DNA of 63,888 nucleotides, filler included, from Hyphochytrium catenoides (lineage: Eukaryota; Protista; Hyphochytriomycota): assembly GCA_900088475.1 (NCBI GenBank). It is 13 parts of 13 records of this genome, joined end to end, with 100 filler letters (N's around TTAATTAATTAA, not from the genome) between each part and the next. Parts side by side here need not be neighbours in the genome. Positions count along the whole stretch, not along the records: positions 1 to 2,183 come from FLMG01000845.1; positions 2,284 to 23,135 come from FLMG01004643.1; 11 more parts are not named here. One strand, written 5' to 3'. Made by a program: the position numbers and the translations under genes. This document shows positions 1 through 12,508 of the stretch, piece by piece (position 1 is the first letter of the stretch; each line of letters begins with the position of its first letter). Below the pieces are notes generated by a model. The model was given only the letters and a program-made list of their open reading frames with translations. It ran no database searches and was not told where the DNA came from.

Positions 1-1011
1 TTCGGGTGTGGAGAACAGTAGGGGGATAATGTGTGTTAAGCAGTAGAAGAATAGGGTATACGAAGATGTAGGAGGGATGTAGGCAAGAGCAGCAAGAGAC
101 GAGAAGATTAGAGAGAGCACAGAGAGAGAGAGAAGAGGAGTTTGGATAGCTGATAGGAGCAGTAGGGAGTAGGAACAAGAAAGCAGTGACAGTCAGTCAG
201 GAATGGGCTTTTTTTTTTATCTCGATAAGATAACTCTAAACACCACGCTATTTCCTGCTAGAAGGCCGCTCATTAGACTTACTGCCTTGAAGCTGCACTG
301 AGGCTCTTCTGACTGTTGCACTGCCAGCTCAGATTGGTTCTCTTTGCGGATTCGTTATCGGTATCTGTCGGCCGATATCTGGAGCTTATCCTGGCTTCTT
401 CAGAAATCAATCTGCAGATTCGATCCGTGGCGCAGTCTTGGCTAATACTGAGACTGCCCTGTCTCACTAGTAGCTGAGCACAGCCGCTAACGGTCTGTTA
501 TCTTGAGTCTTTACATGGAGTGATCAGTCGATCCGCCCTGCACATGAGAGTGACGGTTGGGTAACAACCTGCACTTGAAGTGATTCTGAGTGACTCCACG
601 TACTATTTTCTTGTCTAGTCCTTATCCTGAGAGAGTTCTGGGTGGCTGTTCGTAGTACTTTATAGCCTGACGTCAGCTATAAAGAGTTGGGACAGAAGAC
701 TGTTAGCGAGAGAGAGTCGTCAGCTCTTTCTGTTCTTCCAAGAACGAGTACCAGAGGTGGATAAAGGAGTCTTGTTTGAGCCATGGCAGAGGAAAGAAGA
801 GAGGAAACTGCTAGGAATGGGAGAAGGAGACGACTTTCCCAATGTGGAACAACGTTAGAGAGAGGATCGAGTGGAGGCCGCGCTTCGGACTTCCGAGCAA
901 ACGTCTGAGGCAACACGGTTGTTGGTGCATCAACGCGCAGCCCCACATGGAATTGCAATGGACAGGGTTTGAACTTTCCCAATTCCTCCTTTTGAATGGG
1001 AGCAACGCAGT

Positions 1012-1836
1012 TTGCAGTATGCCAGAAATTGGTTGCAGGAAGTATTGGATTGGTTTGACAAGGTCCATGCTGAGAATGATGAAGCAAGGTTATATCTCAT
1101 AACCTTTGCTTTCAAATTACAAAGGATCAAGACGTGGTGGACGTCTTTGAGGCATGATATCCTGGCTCGTAGAAGGAACCCCATCACTGCTTGGGAAGAG
1201 CTGGAAGGGCTTCTGCGCCGTGAGTTTCTAGGGGGAGCTTATTATGAGCAACATTGCCGGCACCAGTTACGGAGGTTACAAGGTCAGGGACCAAGGTTGC
1301 CGTTGCACCGTTACACATCTCAGTTTCGGACTCTAGCGATAGAACTGTCCTACAATGAAGCTACTCGTGTATATGAGTACATTGAAGGATTGCGGGCAGA
1401 GACGGCCTACAATGTCCGGACAAACCGCCCGGCTACCCTAGACGACGCTGTGCTTTTGGCGCAGAGTTTCGAGAATATTGTGAACTCAATGAGGGGTAGA
1501 AGAACACTATTTTTCGGTGGAATCCCTAACAACACCAACCCGCGCAACGCACCGCCAGCAAGAGAGAGAGCAGATCAGCGTGAGCATTCTAATGGTGGTA
1601 GTGCAGGAAATGGTAATGGGGACAGACCGGAGCCCATGGACCTGGACCGAATGGGAAATGGAAACGGAAAAAACTTAAGCAAGGTGCAGTGCTACCGCTG
1701 CCGCGGGTACGGGCATTACGCTCGTGACTGTGCCACACCTCCCGACCCATCCGAAAGGCAAAAGGGTTCCCGTAAAACGAAGGATAAAAAAGGTGACAAA
1801 GGAAATAAAGGCGACAAGAAGGACCCTTTTCAATGA
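1012..1836 (+). CDS. gag: Retrotransposon Gag with CCHC zinc knuckle
   Basis: ITAWEELEGLLRREF, YTSQFRTLA, EYIEGLR, PATLDDAV, PEPMDLD and CYRCRGYGHYARDC (Cx2Cx4Hx4C). Confidence 0.9.
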   Translation: MQYARNWLQEVLDWFDKVHAENDEARLYLITFAFKLQRIKTWWTSLRHDILARRRNPITAWEELEGLLRREFLGGAYYEQHCRHQLRRLQGQGPRLPLHRYTSQFRTLAIELSYNEATRVYEYIEGLRAETAYNVRTNRPATLDDAVLLAQSFENIVNSMRGRRTLFFGGIPNNTNPRNAPPARERADQREHSNGGSAGNGNGDRPEPMDLDRMGNGNGKNLSKVQCYRCRGYGHYARDCATPPDPSERQKGSRKTKDKKGDKGNKGDKKDPFQ

Positions 1837-1930
1837 GCCCTTCTCAGTCTGGTGGAGCTGAGAAGAGGCAAGGACCAGGAAAAGAGACATCTCTACCATC
1901 TCCAGCTTAAGTTCAACGAAGCTGGCGAAT

Positions 1931-2183
1931 ATGTACATTAAACGGTGTGAAAGTCTGTTGCTAAAGAGTACAATAAATGGCGTGTCTTCACGGATTCTTT
2001 TGGATTCCGGTGCAACTTGTAATTTTATTCATCCAGACGTTGTGGATCACTTGGGTTGCAAGCCTACGATGATGAAGGAACCAGTAGTAGTGTCCCTTGG
2101 AGATGGTCCAATGGTGGAAACATATCACATGATTGAGGGACTTACTCTGGAATGGGATCAAGGACTTCGACAACGGGTGGACT
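1931..2183 (+). CDS. pol: Retropepsin aspartic protease (start of pol), partial
   Basis: ILLDSGATCNFI catalytic motif and VSLGDG flap, directly after gag. Confidence 0.85.
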
Positions 2184-2283
2184 NNNNNNNNNNNNNNNNN
2201 NNNNNNNNNNNNNNNNNNNNNNNNNNNTTAATTAATTAANNNNNNNNNNNNNNNNNNNNNNNNNNNNNNNNNNNNNNNNNNNN
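2184..2283. other. Artificial contig linker (first of 12)
   Basis: 100-nt block of N-run + TTAATTAATTAA (stops in all six frames) + N-run. The same block is at 23136, 29967, 31322, 32482, 33694, 35550, 46995, 48131, 49785, 60272 and 61394. Adjacency across these has no biological meaning. Confidence 0.97.
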
Positions 2284-3496
2284 CTCCCCCTCTCTCTTTC
2301 TTTCTTTCTTTCTTTCTCGCTCTCTCTCTCTCTCCCTCCCTCATTCACACTCACTCTCGCGCTGGGCCATCTCTCTCTCGCTCGGTCTTCAGCTCCCTTT
2401 TTTCTCTTACTTGTTCGTACTTGTACGGCTCTTCATTGATACAGTCTCCTCCTCTCCCGCTCTCCCTTTAGCTCGGCTCTCTAACTCTCATCCTTTCCTA
2501 GATTGTTCGTGTCGTCACCGCTCCGTTCTTTCTCTCTCATAGATCTTGTGTGCACTATCTTCAGCTTACCAGGTCTCTCTCTCTCTTCCTAGTTGTCCCT
2601 TGTGTCTATGCCCGCCACACTTTTGCACTTGACCGTGAGATCCTCTCCTTTTTATTAGCCTTCCTCCATGCCATCCCTCTCTTTTCTAAATATGCTGCAA
2701 ATGATCGTAGTCCTGGGAGCGAGGGTCACTCATTGACCCTTTTACTCATTTATTCCTCTCTCTCTGTGTTGTCTTCTTTCTCTTCATTTCTCTCTCCTTC
2801 ACTTCTCTCTATTCAATCATTCAGCCTCTCTCACTCAGCCATCCTTTCTCTATCTTGTTCTCGGAAGTAATGAGAGGAGAGAGCTGTGGCAGAGCGCTGG
2901 CAGCGAGAATCTGTCCCATCCAACCCACGGCTGCACGGAAGAGGCATTCTTTTTACGAGTTCTACAAGCACTAGCTTAGTCGACATATACGAGCCCTGGG
3001 TCTCCTTGTTCTCCTTCGAGGTTCTGCCTGTCTGTCTCTTTCTAACACACTAGATACCTCATTTCCCTCCGTCCGCCTTTCTTTTTTCTCCCAAGCCCTC
3101 TCTCCTGCACGGTCTCTCTGTCTCGTTATTGCTCCCTTTGTCGCTCCCTCGTTCCTCTCTCTCTCTTTCTCTCTCTGCGCTGCTCCTCTCATCTCTTCCG
3201 GATACCAGAGGATCCATATCCACGCCATAGCTCCCTTTGGTCCCGCACTACCATTTCAGCCATGGATAAGCCAGCAGCAGTTGGTGTTCCATGGATAGTG
3301 TAGCATTGTCAGTCAGTTAAAAGAGGGGGACCATCCCCGTCAAGCGCGCGCATCCCACCGCACCTTTCTGTCGCTGTCTGTTTTTCTCTTTCTCCGCCTT
3401 GTCTCTTTCTCTCGACCTCGTTGTCGCTTTCTGGCATCCTTGACCTTCCGATGCCTTGATAAGACTCTCGGAGGAACAAATAGCGGGTGGTGAAGG

Positions 3497-6400
3497 ATGC
3501 GGAACTCTCTAGAGACTGTGGTTAACAGATCTAGGAGATGCTCTACCATAGGAGAGGACAGTCTCTCCCTATCAAGCTGCAGATACACTGATGTCCCCGA
3601 TGAGCCCTCCGTGGCCTCAGGAGGAAGCCAGGGCCCTAACTCTCTCTTCCCCAACCTGAGGCTAGCACAGGTTCTACCAGGTAGCGGTCCTCTTTTCTGT
3701 CTTCTTTCTCCTTCTGTCGCACTTCTTTCTGTCCGACGCCCGAAGTCCCTCTGTCTCTGCGCACTGCCACCCTCTCGCTCTGTGAAACTGTTCCGCGGCT
3801 GCGTCATTCTCCTTCTCTCACTCCTCGCTCACTCTATTCCTGGCCTCCTATCTCTGGCCATCCATGTCTTTCTCTCTTGTCCATGTCTGAGAGAGTTTAG
3901 ACTTCTTTTCGGTAGTAGCAGAACCCAGGTCCCGCTTCATACTCCACAACCACTTGCGGCCATATCATCTGTCTAAACCCTCCTGGTTCTCAGTGACAGG
4001 CCTCTCAGACCTTACGGAAAGCAGCATCCACGACGATGAAAAACCGGAGAAGAAATCTTCTATTTCTTCGGTGACTCGAAGGGTTAGCGATGCCTTCATT
4101 CGCACTCTGCAGTCTATCCGCAACCCCTCTATTGCTGCTCTGGAGCAAGTGGTAAAGTTGGGCGCTGAGGCGCCAGTGGATCTTAGCAGGTTTGAGGTGG
4201 AGGAGATCATCCTCCGTGCCCACAGACTTCCAGATCCCTCTTCAGTCTCGCTAGAAGGTAGACAGTCTCCCTTTTCACCGTCTTCTTCGCTAGATGTATA
4301 TCAATTCTTCTACTCACTCGTCACTTCATTCACAAGTGTCTCTTGTGGCGAACCTCTTTGCTTGCCTCGCGGTCCTCAACCCCTTTTCCTGCTCCTCCCC
4401 ACCTTCTACCAGCATCAAGTCAGAGCTTGTTACTATTTCTGGTTGGCTTTAGATTCGCTGTGCCGTTGAGCAAGTCTGATGCTTTTTTCATTCAAACTCT
4501 TCTCGTCTCTCGCCTCCTCTCTCTGTGTTCTCAACTCTTCCCACCCGTCGTCTCTCACTACCTGGGGTTCCTCTCTGGTTGCAGAAACTCTAAGCGCTCT
4601 CAAAAGGAAGAAATACATGGACCGACAATTTGTACAGATCCAAAACCAGACAGGAATCAACTATACGACGCTCAAGTTTAGTCCGCAGTACGAGCCGGGC
4701 TTCTGCAGCCATATCTATGCCAGGGCCGCCAAGCGAGTGCGCTATTGCATGCTCTTTGGCGTCTGTCTCCTCATATCTAGTTATATGTGGAACGTCAACC
4801 TAAACGGGAACGTACAATTGGTGTGGCGCCATCCCTCTTTTGCTTCCTCTTTTTCTTTCTCTTCTACTTCTGCGACATCTTATCATTGGACCTTCCTCTG
4901 CCTCCTCGGGTCCATGCTTAGGCCCTTGGTGAGCATGGTTGTTCTATCTGTTTCTCATTTCTCGCCTCACTTGCTATGTACACTTGTTGAGAACACGGTC
5001 CCTCGTCATCAGTCTTTTCACGGCCAATTGACTCCTTTCTTTATCTCATGTCTGACTCTGTGATCTCTTATGTAGATTGTCTCCGTCGTCCGTTTCGGCC
5101 TGGTGATCCCGTCAATGCTGCTTCTCATCTACGTGACCTTCAAGCCCAAGCTTGTCCGATACATTGAGCTTCTCACCTCGTCTGTTATCCTCTTCATGGC
5201 CTTCTCAATGGTCTTTGAGAAGATGATGGCACAGAGCTCGATGCCCCTTATCCCATTGTTCATACTTCTCGTTCCAGTCTTCGGCATCACGCGGATGCGC
5301 TTCCTGACCAGCGTCATTGTAGGGATTACGATCCTCATCATGTTTGTTCTAGGATCTCTAGCTTCCGGCACGAGTGCGAGGAGCGCCGTGATGTTCCAAA
5401 GTGCAAACTACCTCACGGCGCTGTTAGTGGGAATGGTATCTCATTACCGGCAAGAGGTGTTGAGAAGAAGGAACTATGCGCTCTGTCTCCCACTGCTAAG
5501 CAGGGGAGTGCAGGATGTTAGCGCTCACTTGCAGAGCTCTGACAAGTTTCGCAAAAGAAACCTTTTAGAAACTTTCTCCCTGCGCTTCAAGGACACAGCC
5601 GTGGAAGAGATCTTCTATCGGTACTGGTACCTCATCGATCCCTTTCCCTTTGAGCACACAAGCAGCGCGGTTCTTCATGAAGGTTGTCCTTTCTTCCATG
5701 TCTCTCTCCTCCTCTTCTCGTGTGCCTTTGTCTCCTGAGTGTTACCCGCAATAGGCGAGAGACCTTCGTGCTACTTCCCTCTGTAGCATGTCTTTCTATG
5801 AACTATCTTTGTTCTTGCTAATTCCTTAGTATTTAACTCTCTACTGTCATCATGTTGCTCCTTGCTAATGCGCGGGTACCTGTTAGGTGTCTTTAAAGCC
5901 ATTCAGTACGCAGTTGGCGGGGCGGTGCTGAGCCAGGTCGCACTCTCCATCCAAGATGTTAAGTTTATGTGCTACTCCTCGCCCTCCTATCTCCCAGAGT
6001 TCAGGGCTGCGACGGGATTGCGGTATGGAGTTATCATCCCTGGCTACCTCCTCGCGCTCTTGGCAATGTACTTCTTCGGGAGAAGATATGTCCGAATCTG
6101 GAGAAGAAACAGCCCTCGAGAGCGATTGATGGAAAAGGAACTAGGAGGAGAGAGTATCATGGACGTTAATCTCTCTCCACGCTCTATGGCGGAGGAGGAG
6201 ACGGCTCTCACTCTCCAGCTCTCGTACGGGAGAGCACAAGTCATGTCTCACTCTCCTAACTATGTGAGGACCATGCAGAGGATGTCCACAATGATTGTGG
6301 CCGCACATGGGTTTGCTGCTGCTGCAATTCTCTTTATAGTCAGCATGAAGGTCAACGAGGCGGCGGTAGCCAACACTTATCTCATGGGACTCTTGAATGC

Positions 6401-7357
6401 GCTGCTGTTTGCGCATAGATCTGGGTTCAGACTCAGGTGCGAGAATACCTGTGGCCGCCGTAGTCGAAAGAACCAAAACTTCTCGTCCTCTCTTGCTCTT
6501 TCTGCTTCTCGGTTTGGTCTCTTTCTTCCTCCCATTCCTGGCTCTCGCTTCCCCATCCTCCGCCTCCCCCAGGGGTTTGTGCATTCTCATCTCTCTTCCT
6601 TTGACATCTTACTAGCTGTGCTTTTGTTGATGCGAAGGAAAAGTAGGAATGGCCCCTCTCCCTTCGATTCCCACCCTCCATCCACCTCCTCTTACCTGAC
6701 TATGAACCTGCTCTTCCTCTTTGTGCACAGATTCTGGTACGCGTCTATGGCTACCCTCATCCTCTTCTTCTGGTTCGTCTCGGTGGTCTGGTTCTATCTT
6801 CCTTCCTACGCCGTGCTGTACACCACCTACCTGGCAACCATTCTTTTCTTTGGCATGCTCATTAGCTACGAGGAAGAGTCACTTCGGAGAAAGTTTTTCG
6901 TCCTCCGCAGTCTTAGAATGCTAGAGTTCTCAGAGTGGTACCGGGATGTAAGTGCCAGACTTTCCTTGCTTGCACCCTCATTCTCTTGCCCTTCCTCCTT
7001 TGTCCGCAACTATTCCCTCTGGGTTACTTTCCCTGCGGAAGCCATTTTCTATTTGCCCTTTCTCGTTTCGAGGCAATTCCTCCTTTCTTTCTTATATTTT
7101 GACTCTGCTTCCTTCCACAGATCCACTGCCTGAAGAGCTGGGTCAGAGAAAGGCTTCGAGTGAAAGCAAAGCAAGCGAGAGAGAGATTAAGAGCACGGAA
7201 TGGAGGGGCGGCTTCTTTTGCTGGCCCTCCGGAACCAGGTTACGCGTGTGATGCTGCCAAGATGGGCGAGGCAAGCAAATATGGCATGATTGTGATGGGC
7301 CTCAACGTTGTCATCGGTGTGGCAGGAGACCTCCTTAGTGGGGTTGCTGGTTCATGA
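3497..7357 (+). CDS. Multi-exon polytopic membrane protein resembling the two TM blocks of membrane adenylate/guanylate cyclases, with no catalytic domain
   Basis: GT-AG exons at about 3991-4257, 4584-4820, 5076-5682, 5887-6436, 6731-6947 and 7120-7357. Two hydrophobic blocks start with TLKF..YE..F and SLRFKD..VEE.F and end with EVLRRRNY and ESLRRKFF. The start is uncertain and may lie upstream. Confidence 0.65.
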
Positions 7358-7936
7358 TGAAAGCCCTTAGAGCATGGAGAGAGGCAAAGAGAATGTTGAA
7401 GGGAGAGTCATGGTGCACAGACTTTCTCTCGTCCTTCATAAAAGGGGTAAAGGGGTTGACTGTCCAAGATGTATCCAGGGCTGAGAAAGCTCTAAAGCCC
7501 GAGGCGCATAGAGGTAGATAGAAAGGCTAATAATAGGATAGGATATCGGTAGACTGATAGTCCAAGACAGAGAGAGGGAAACTAGGTGAGGTATGGTAAG
7601 GCATTAGCAGTAGGTAGTAGAGACAGAGAGAGCAGGAAAGAGTGGTGCTTTAACGTCAACTCGCCTAAGTCAGTGCAAAGAACAGCACTAAGAGTCACAT
7701 ATAGTACACAGACAAGCAGCAGCGTAGACCACAAATAACTTCAGTCCACTGAGGCGATGCACTCGAAACAACCACAGTCAGGAAAGGGAAGACAGAGGAT
7801 AAATTAAGGGCTGGGAGTCTATAAGGATGACAGAGGAAACAGCCCATAGACCAACAAAGTGATTTATAGTATAGGAAGACTTTACGAAGGGGTATATAGG
7901 ACGACTTTCATGCAAACAGAGCGCATACACTGCGCT

Positions 7937-10667
7937 TTAGTCAGAAGCTGAACATGCAAGAAAGCCTACGACAAGAGTTAGAGCATACAAGGCTTTCGCC
8001 AAGACGTAGCCCAGACACATGCAGACCGAGCCCGTCACAAGACAGCGCACAAAGGAGTCCAGCACTCCTCTCTTGTCTCTTTCTTGCTTAGGATTGTTGT
8101 CCAAGCTGGTGGACGGGTGCGGATGAGACTCTGACCAGTCATCTACAATATCTAGCGCTGCCTTCATCCACTCCATGACTGCGTCATTGTAGGAAGAGGC
8201 CAAAGGTTGAAGATGAGACTTTGGTGCTTCTGTTCCTTCCACCGTCTTCGTAAGGGGGAGAGAAGAGGCAGCATGAGAAGGCCAGTTTAGACCATCCCAG
8301 AAGTCTTCCAGGGACTCCAGAGGGTGCCAATCAGCCGCAATGGATCTCACTTCAGCTTGAGGCTTCTCATCGGCCATCTGGCTTTTGTCTTCACTCCCCG
8401 TGGAAGTGCCAGCGCCACTCTGACAGCTTGCCTTATCTTCCCACAAACGACAGCACAGCTGCCACCAGAGCTTATCCAGGGCATCATCTTCGGGGGAGGT
8501 ATACTCAACGGACTTTTCCTGTTCTTGTTTGCGAGGGCAACCGTCTGGATGTTGACAAGAAGCCTAGTTCATTGCAGAATGTTATACTTGGTCTGGCCAC
8601 CAGAGCAGACGCTATTCAAAGGTCCTAACCCTTTACGCTCCGTCCTTAGACGCTCAAGCTAGTCTCTTTTTCTCTCTAACTCACTTCTTCCCTCTGTCCG
8701 TCCTCTCTGCACTCAGACGGTATACAACCAACACTGAGACTCTTAAAGGGTCCGACTTCCCTTTATGCTTGGCGTCTTACCTTATCTGTCATATCCCCGT
8801 CAAAGATTTCCAAGACGGCAGCCTCTTCCGCCTCTTTTAACAGGTTGTCCAGGGTGTATCCCCACAGAATTCGCCGCCTCCAGTGTTTGTAAGTGGCACA
8901 CCAGGGCTTTAGAATAGAGTCGTCCAGTCCACATAGTATGCGACTTAAAGAGGCGTCAGCAACGTCGGAAAAGAGGACGACCGGCAGCAGGGAGAGAAAG
9001 AGGATCGCAGCTCCAAGAAGACGCCAGAAAAGTTTGGGTTGGCGCTTTCTCGTCACGTCTTTCTTCCTTCTACGGAGCTTTCTCTTTTTCTGGTGAGCTC
9101 TCTCTACGTTATCGAAGGCTAAAGAAGCCCTTACGGCCTGAAGATCAGCCTGCGAGACAACTTCTTCTTCTTCGTCGTCCTCTCCCTCTTCCTCTATATC
9201 TCCTCCCCGGACGCTGGAGCGCAGTGCAGCTCGGAGCCCTGCGACGCTAAAGAAAGAACTCAACGGTGTTTGGAGGTTGCTGGGCAACCTTGAAGGAAGA
9301 GAGAAGGTTGGGACAGGGGAGGAGAAGAGAGAAGGAATAGAAGGAAGAGTATGAGAAGACTCTGCTGCTGGCTCTGGTAACAATTGATGCTTCTCCTCAG
9401 GAGACATGAGAGGGTTCTCCTCAGGGCTTAGACAAGAGTCTGCTTCATCATCCGCGTCATCTTCTTCGACACCTTGCTCCCTGTTAGCCTTCCTTTCTAC
9501 TTTACTGCTGTCGTCACCCGTGTATGAGTCTAAAGAAGGCAAGGGCATAGGATCTCTCTCTGCTTGTTCTGCATCTAGAGCTTTGGTGCTATCTCCTTTC
9601 TCTATGACCTCTTTTCCTCCTTTGCCTATACCTACAGCCTCTTCTCGCTTTCTGCTTTCAACGGTCTGACTGTTCTCCCGAGAAGGGGACGGGAGGGCTG
9701 AGGTGTAAGGGAGAGGGAAAGGGGTAGATATGTGAGAGAAAGAAAGCTCAGCGGCAAGGCGAGAAGACGGTAATGGCGTGCATGGAGGAGCTGCAGTGAG
9801 TACGACTTCTGTCTCCCGCCTTTCTTCGACTTCGATTGCTTCAGGTGCTTGCTCAAGCTCATCCTCCAGGCAGGGTAGCCGCCGGTGGGGTCCTTCTAGT
9901 AGAGGAAGAGATGAAGGAGAAGAAGTGGAGAGCTTGATCGTAGCCTTCCGGGTAGTCTCAAATCCTAAGGGGCGCAGTTTTGAGACAGGAGAGAGATCGG
10001 AAGGTGTTGCTGTCCGGATGAGTCGTGCGGGCTGGGGCCTTGGGGTCTCAATTTGCTAGAGGAGAAAGGGCAAGAAGATCCAACAACGTGAGTGCGAGAT
10101 GTTGCTTGCTCAAGGATTTGCAATTGCGCTCCCCCATCTCTCTCCTTTCCTGTTTCTTCCTTAACGGCGACAATCTTTCACTCCTCACAAACGGAGACAT
10201 ACCGCAGAGAGAAGTTGTCGTGCGGACATCGTCTCAGTTAGACTCTCAGGGGACATGACCGCCGCCATGTTTGTGATGGCGCCAACAAACTGCTTTCTTG
10301 AGCGCGTCTAGCGATGACAACCAAAGGTCAGAGCTAATAGGTGGGCCTACTGACGCGTAGCAAGGAAGGTGCCGAGAGAGTCACGGGAGAGGAATGAAGC
10401 AGCAACCAAGGAAGATGTGGCGGAGCTTTGGCTGGTGGTAGAACTTACAAAGTATTTATGTGACGGAGAGAAGAGCTTGCTGCCTTCATTATCTTTGAAC
10501 TCTCCTGCCCCTGCGGGTGGCGACTGCGGCGGCTCGAGGGTATTTGTAGGGGCATCGGACGTCGTAATTATCTCCAGAGCCTTTTTGCCGCGGCTGTTTT
10601 TCCTGCCGGTCGTGCCCTCTGCTGCCTGTTGATTCGTCTTTCTGGTGGACATTCGCGCTCTGGTCAT
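7937..10667 (-). CDS. Hypothetical multi-exon Ser/Glu-rich protein with two C-terminal hydrophobic segments
   Basis: ORFs 8763-9548 and 7937-8446 can be linked by a donor AAG|GTAAGA (about 8780) and an acceptor CTAG (about 8564). Further in-phase exons lie at about 9785-10054 and 10202-10667. 5' end unresolved. Confidence 0.45.
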
Positions 10668-12508
10668 TATGCCTACAGATCCTAGAAGCGCTCCCTGCTA
10701 TCAAGAACACGGTAACTTGTTGATAGCTCTTCAAGGGGATTGCCCAATGCACATTCCAGGACGCGGAGGTGCAGGTTGAGGATGAAGAATCTTGGTCTCG
10801 CTAGTGATTTAGGTGCGTCCGGTTGCCTTGCAGGTTCAATGCGGTCTCATCTGTCAGTATCCCGCTCTCGTCTACTTTTGGAGTCTTAATGTCGAACTCT
10901 GCTTGCTGCCGTCCGTCCCGTAGATCGATTGCTCTATCTCCTCTTGACCTTGCGAGATGGGGTCCCTCTCTCCTTCATCGAAGCCCTCTTCACCGCCCTC
11001 TCAGTCTTCAAGGTTCCGTCCGCCGGTGCCGAAGAGAAGCGCACTTGAGATCGAACAGACTGAATGATGATGATGATCGAGATGGAGGAGCAGGCAGAGA
11101 CTTTTTCGATGGATTTCAAACTATTGATAGCCGTTACCTCTAGAGATAATCGAAAAGAAATCTTATTTCTGATCCTACGCTTTGAGCTCCCCCAGGAGTT
11201 TAGTGAAGCGCCATCATTTACAAACGGCGCACTGCTGGAGCTGCTGCTGGCGATGGAGGAAAGGACGAAGATGAGCAAGCCGAAGGTGCAGCAGAGTGTT
11301 ATCTGTGGCGTCCGTCGAGGATGATGATGACATGATGACGGCCAAGGGCAGCAGCCGCATAGAACTACGGGTCGTCAAGCATCCCACACATTTAGAACAT
11401 ACCAAGATTGTGAAGACGCAGAAGCCAGTCAGTGCGACTTGTGGAACCGATGTTCTTAGGTTTTGGGTTAGCGGACAACCGCCTGCTGATCTCACCGCCA
11501 CACCGGGCTTCTGAGCTCTGCCATTCCAAATATAGTCGATCTTAACCCGCATGCCTCAAAGCATAATTCTTGTCCCAGGCTGCGAGACTACGATGGATGA
11601 GTTCCGTCTGCGTGTACCATGATTGGAAGAGGAGTGAGGTACCCGCCGAATCATGAGGAAGAAACTGGGTATTCTTGTGGCTCATTGGCTTCCACTTGGA
11701 GGGCACTTGCCCCAAAGGACCCAGACGAGGTCTGTTCTAGACCTCATTGCCACGTACGATGAAATTACCAAGCTTCTAAGGCGATCTGTGAGCTTGTAGA
11801 TGGGACAATGAGAAAAGATAACTCGTCCTGAAGAGTACCTCCTAGAGATAGGCAGAGGAAGAAATAAGCGACGACGCTGATTAACGAGTTCGCTCTCACG
11901 GCCGACCAATGCCAAAGGCTACTTGCCCTTACTCCCTCACAGGATTCGGCCGTGTTCCAAGATGACCCTGCTCGCATACGTCAACAACTGACAATGTGTG
12001 AAGAAGAAGTGACTGGTCTAAACGTCGTAAGTGGTATAGATTAGCTGTTGTCACTCTTTGCTGGATCCGCAGAAAGCAGAGGCCCTAGGTCTATGGATGA
12101 AGATTTACCTCTCTGCCCATTCTGCAGTCGTTCGTGTGCTGGTTTTCTTATGAATAACGAGACGGAAGAGTGTAAAGGAGACAAGTTAAGGAATGGACCA
12201 GTGCTTCGCTCATATATTTGTCCCTTTGACGACCTGTTATCACATCACATGAGCAACTTTGCGAGAAGAGACCAACTTCAACAATCTGAATTATCTGAAA
12301 GTGGCTAAGCCAGACCTTTGACCGAGAGTAGTGGAACCAGGCTAAAGGGATGCCGTAGTAGATTCTCTTCCTCTGTGTGAGAAGAGTTCCTCTTCCTGGA
12401 CCTAGGGTGTGCGAGGAATCGAACAGCTGAAAGACAGATGGAAGGGACTGTCAAAACGGGATGGCTTTGCAAGTTCTATACAATGACGGAGTTACTGACT
12501 GCACTCGA

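Larger units (their letters stand above)
783..2183 (+). mobile_element. Ty3/gypsy-type LTR retrotransposon fragment (gag + aspartic protease), cut by contig end
   Basis: Gag ORF followed by a protease ORF in another frame. The gag frame extends upstream of 1012 through in-frame stops, so the copy is decayed. LTR and PBS not identified. Confidence 0.85.

Noticed and set aside
1-780. 5' LTR and primer-binding site of the gypsy element (TTACA|TGG near 511-518)
   Set aside because: No second LTR to compare and no confident tRNA match.
2228-2239. Recurrent TTAATTAATTAA motif and ORFs ending in X..LIN
   Set aside because: Artificial contig linker inside fixed-length N blocks.
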